Source: the human T2T-CHM13v2.0 reference genome, Homo sapiens. Taken from it: DNA of 64,000 nucleotides. Of this stretch, positions 63,771-64,000 are shown in pieces. The first letter of the stretch is position 1; each line of letters opens with the position of its first letter. The position numbers were made by a program, and so were the translations under genes. The notes under the pieces are model-generated. The model made no database searches. It was given only the letters and a program-made list of their open reading frames with translations, and was not told where the DNA came from. Location of the stretch: the NCBI RefSeq assembly GCF_009914755.1, contig NC_060928.1. One strand, written 5' to 3'.

Positions 63771-63940
63771 CAAGATACAAATATTGCCCTTAATTTTTGA
63801 ATAAAGAAAATTCTATTTTGTAATTTCCATTCTATTATATTACAATTATTAAGTTTATACCATTTATAGTGGTTAGTGCCGTGCAGATGGAGCAATGACT
63901 AAGACATCATTCCTGTTCTTTAATGACTCATAGATCAGAG

Positions 63941-64000
63941 CAGTGGTTGTCAATTGGGGGTGATTTTGCCCCTCCAGGGAACAAACATTTCCCAAGGTCT
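63941..64000 (+). mobile_element. MER20 (hAT-Charlie) 5' end, cut by the window edge
   Basis: CAGTGGTTGTCAATTGGGGGTGATTTTGCCCCTCCAGGGAACA versus MER20 start CAGTGGTTCTCAACCGGGGGCGATTTTGCCCCCCAGGGGACA. Confidence 0.8.

Overview
Catarrhine-primate (human-like) non-coding genomic DNA: AT-rich, CpG-depleted and dominated by interspersed repeats. I see no intact protein-coding gene, RNA gene or CRISPR array; the supplied ORFs are chance ORFs or decayed L1/ERV fragments. Bases 4.4-21.2 kb are a pile-up of nested endogenous-retrovirus elements: a two-LTR MER4A-type provirus carrying a truncated HERV-K(HML-8)/MER11 insert, a MER50 LTR, and a MER21-type class III provirus hit by three later LTRs. Bases 21-60 kb hold MaLR/ERVL LTRs, Alus, MIR/L2 fossils and a TSD-flanked, internally deleted full-span L1PA7/8-type element (38107-43815, minus strand). 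Bases 60-63.5 kb are nearly repeat-free and look regulatory. The most notable unexplained structures are: a ~150-bp inverted duplication at 35416-36032 that can form a long hairpin; a one-LTR HML-8 insertion that still has a perfect 6-bp TSD; an ETS-motif-bearing minisatellite grown out of an L2 tail; a dUTPase-fold remnant without catalytic motifs in the MER21 provirus; and an in-frame ORF1-ORF2 fusion in the L1. Repeat family names come from my recall of consensus sequences, not from a database search. I found no evidence for a new multi-gene system.
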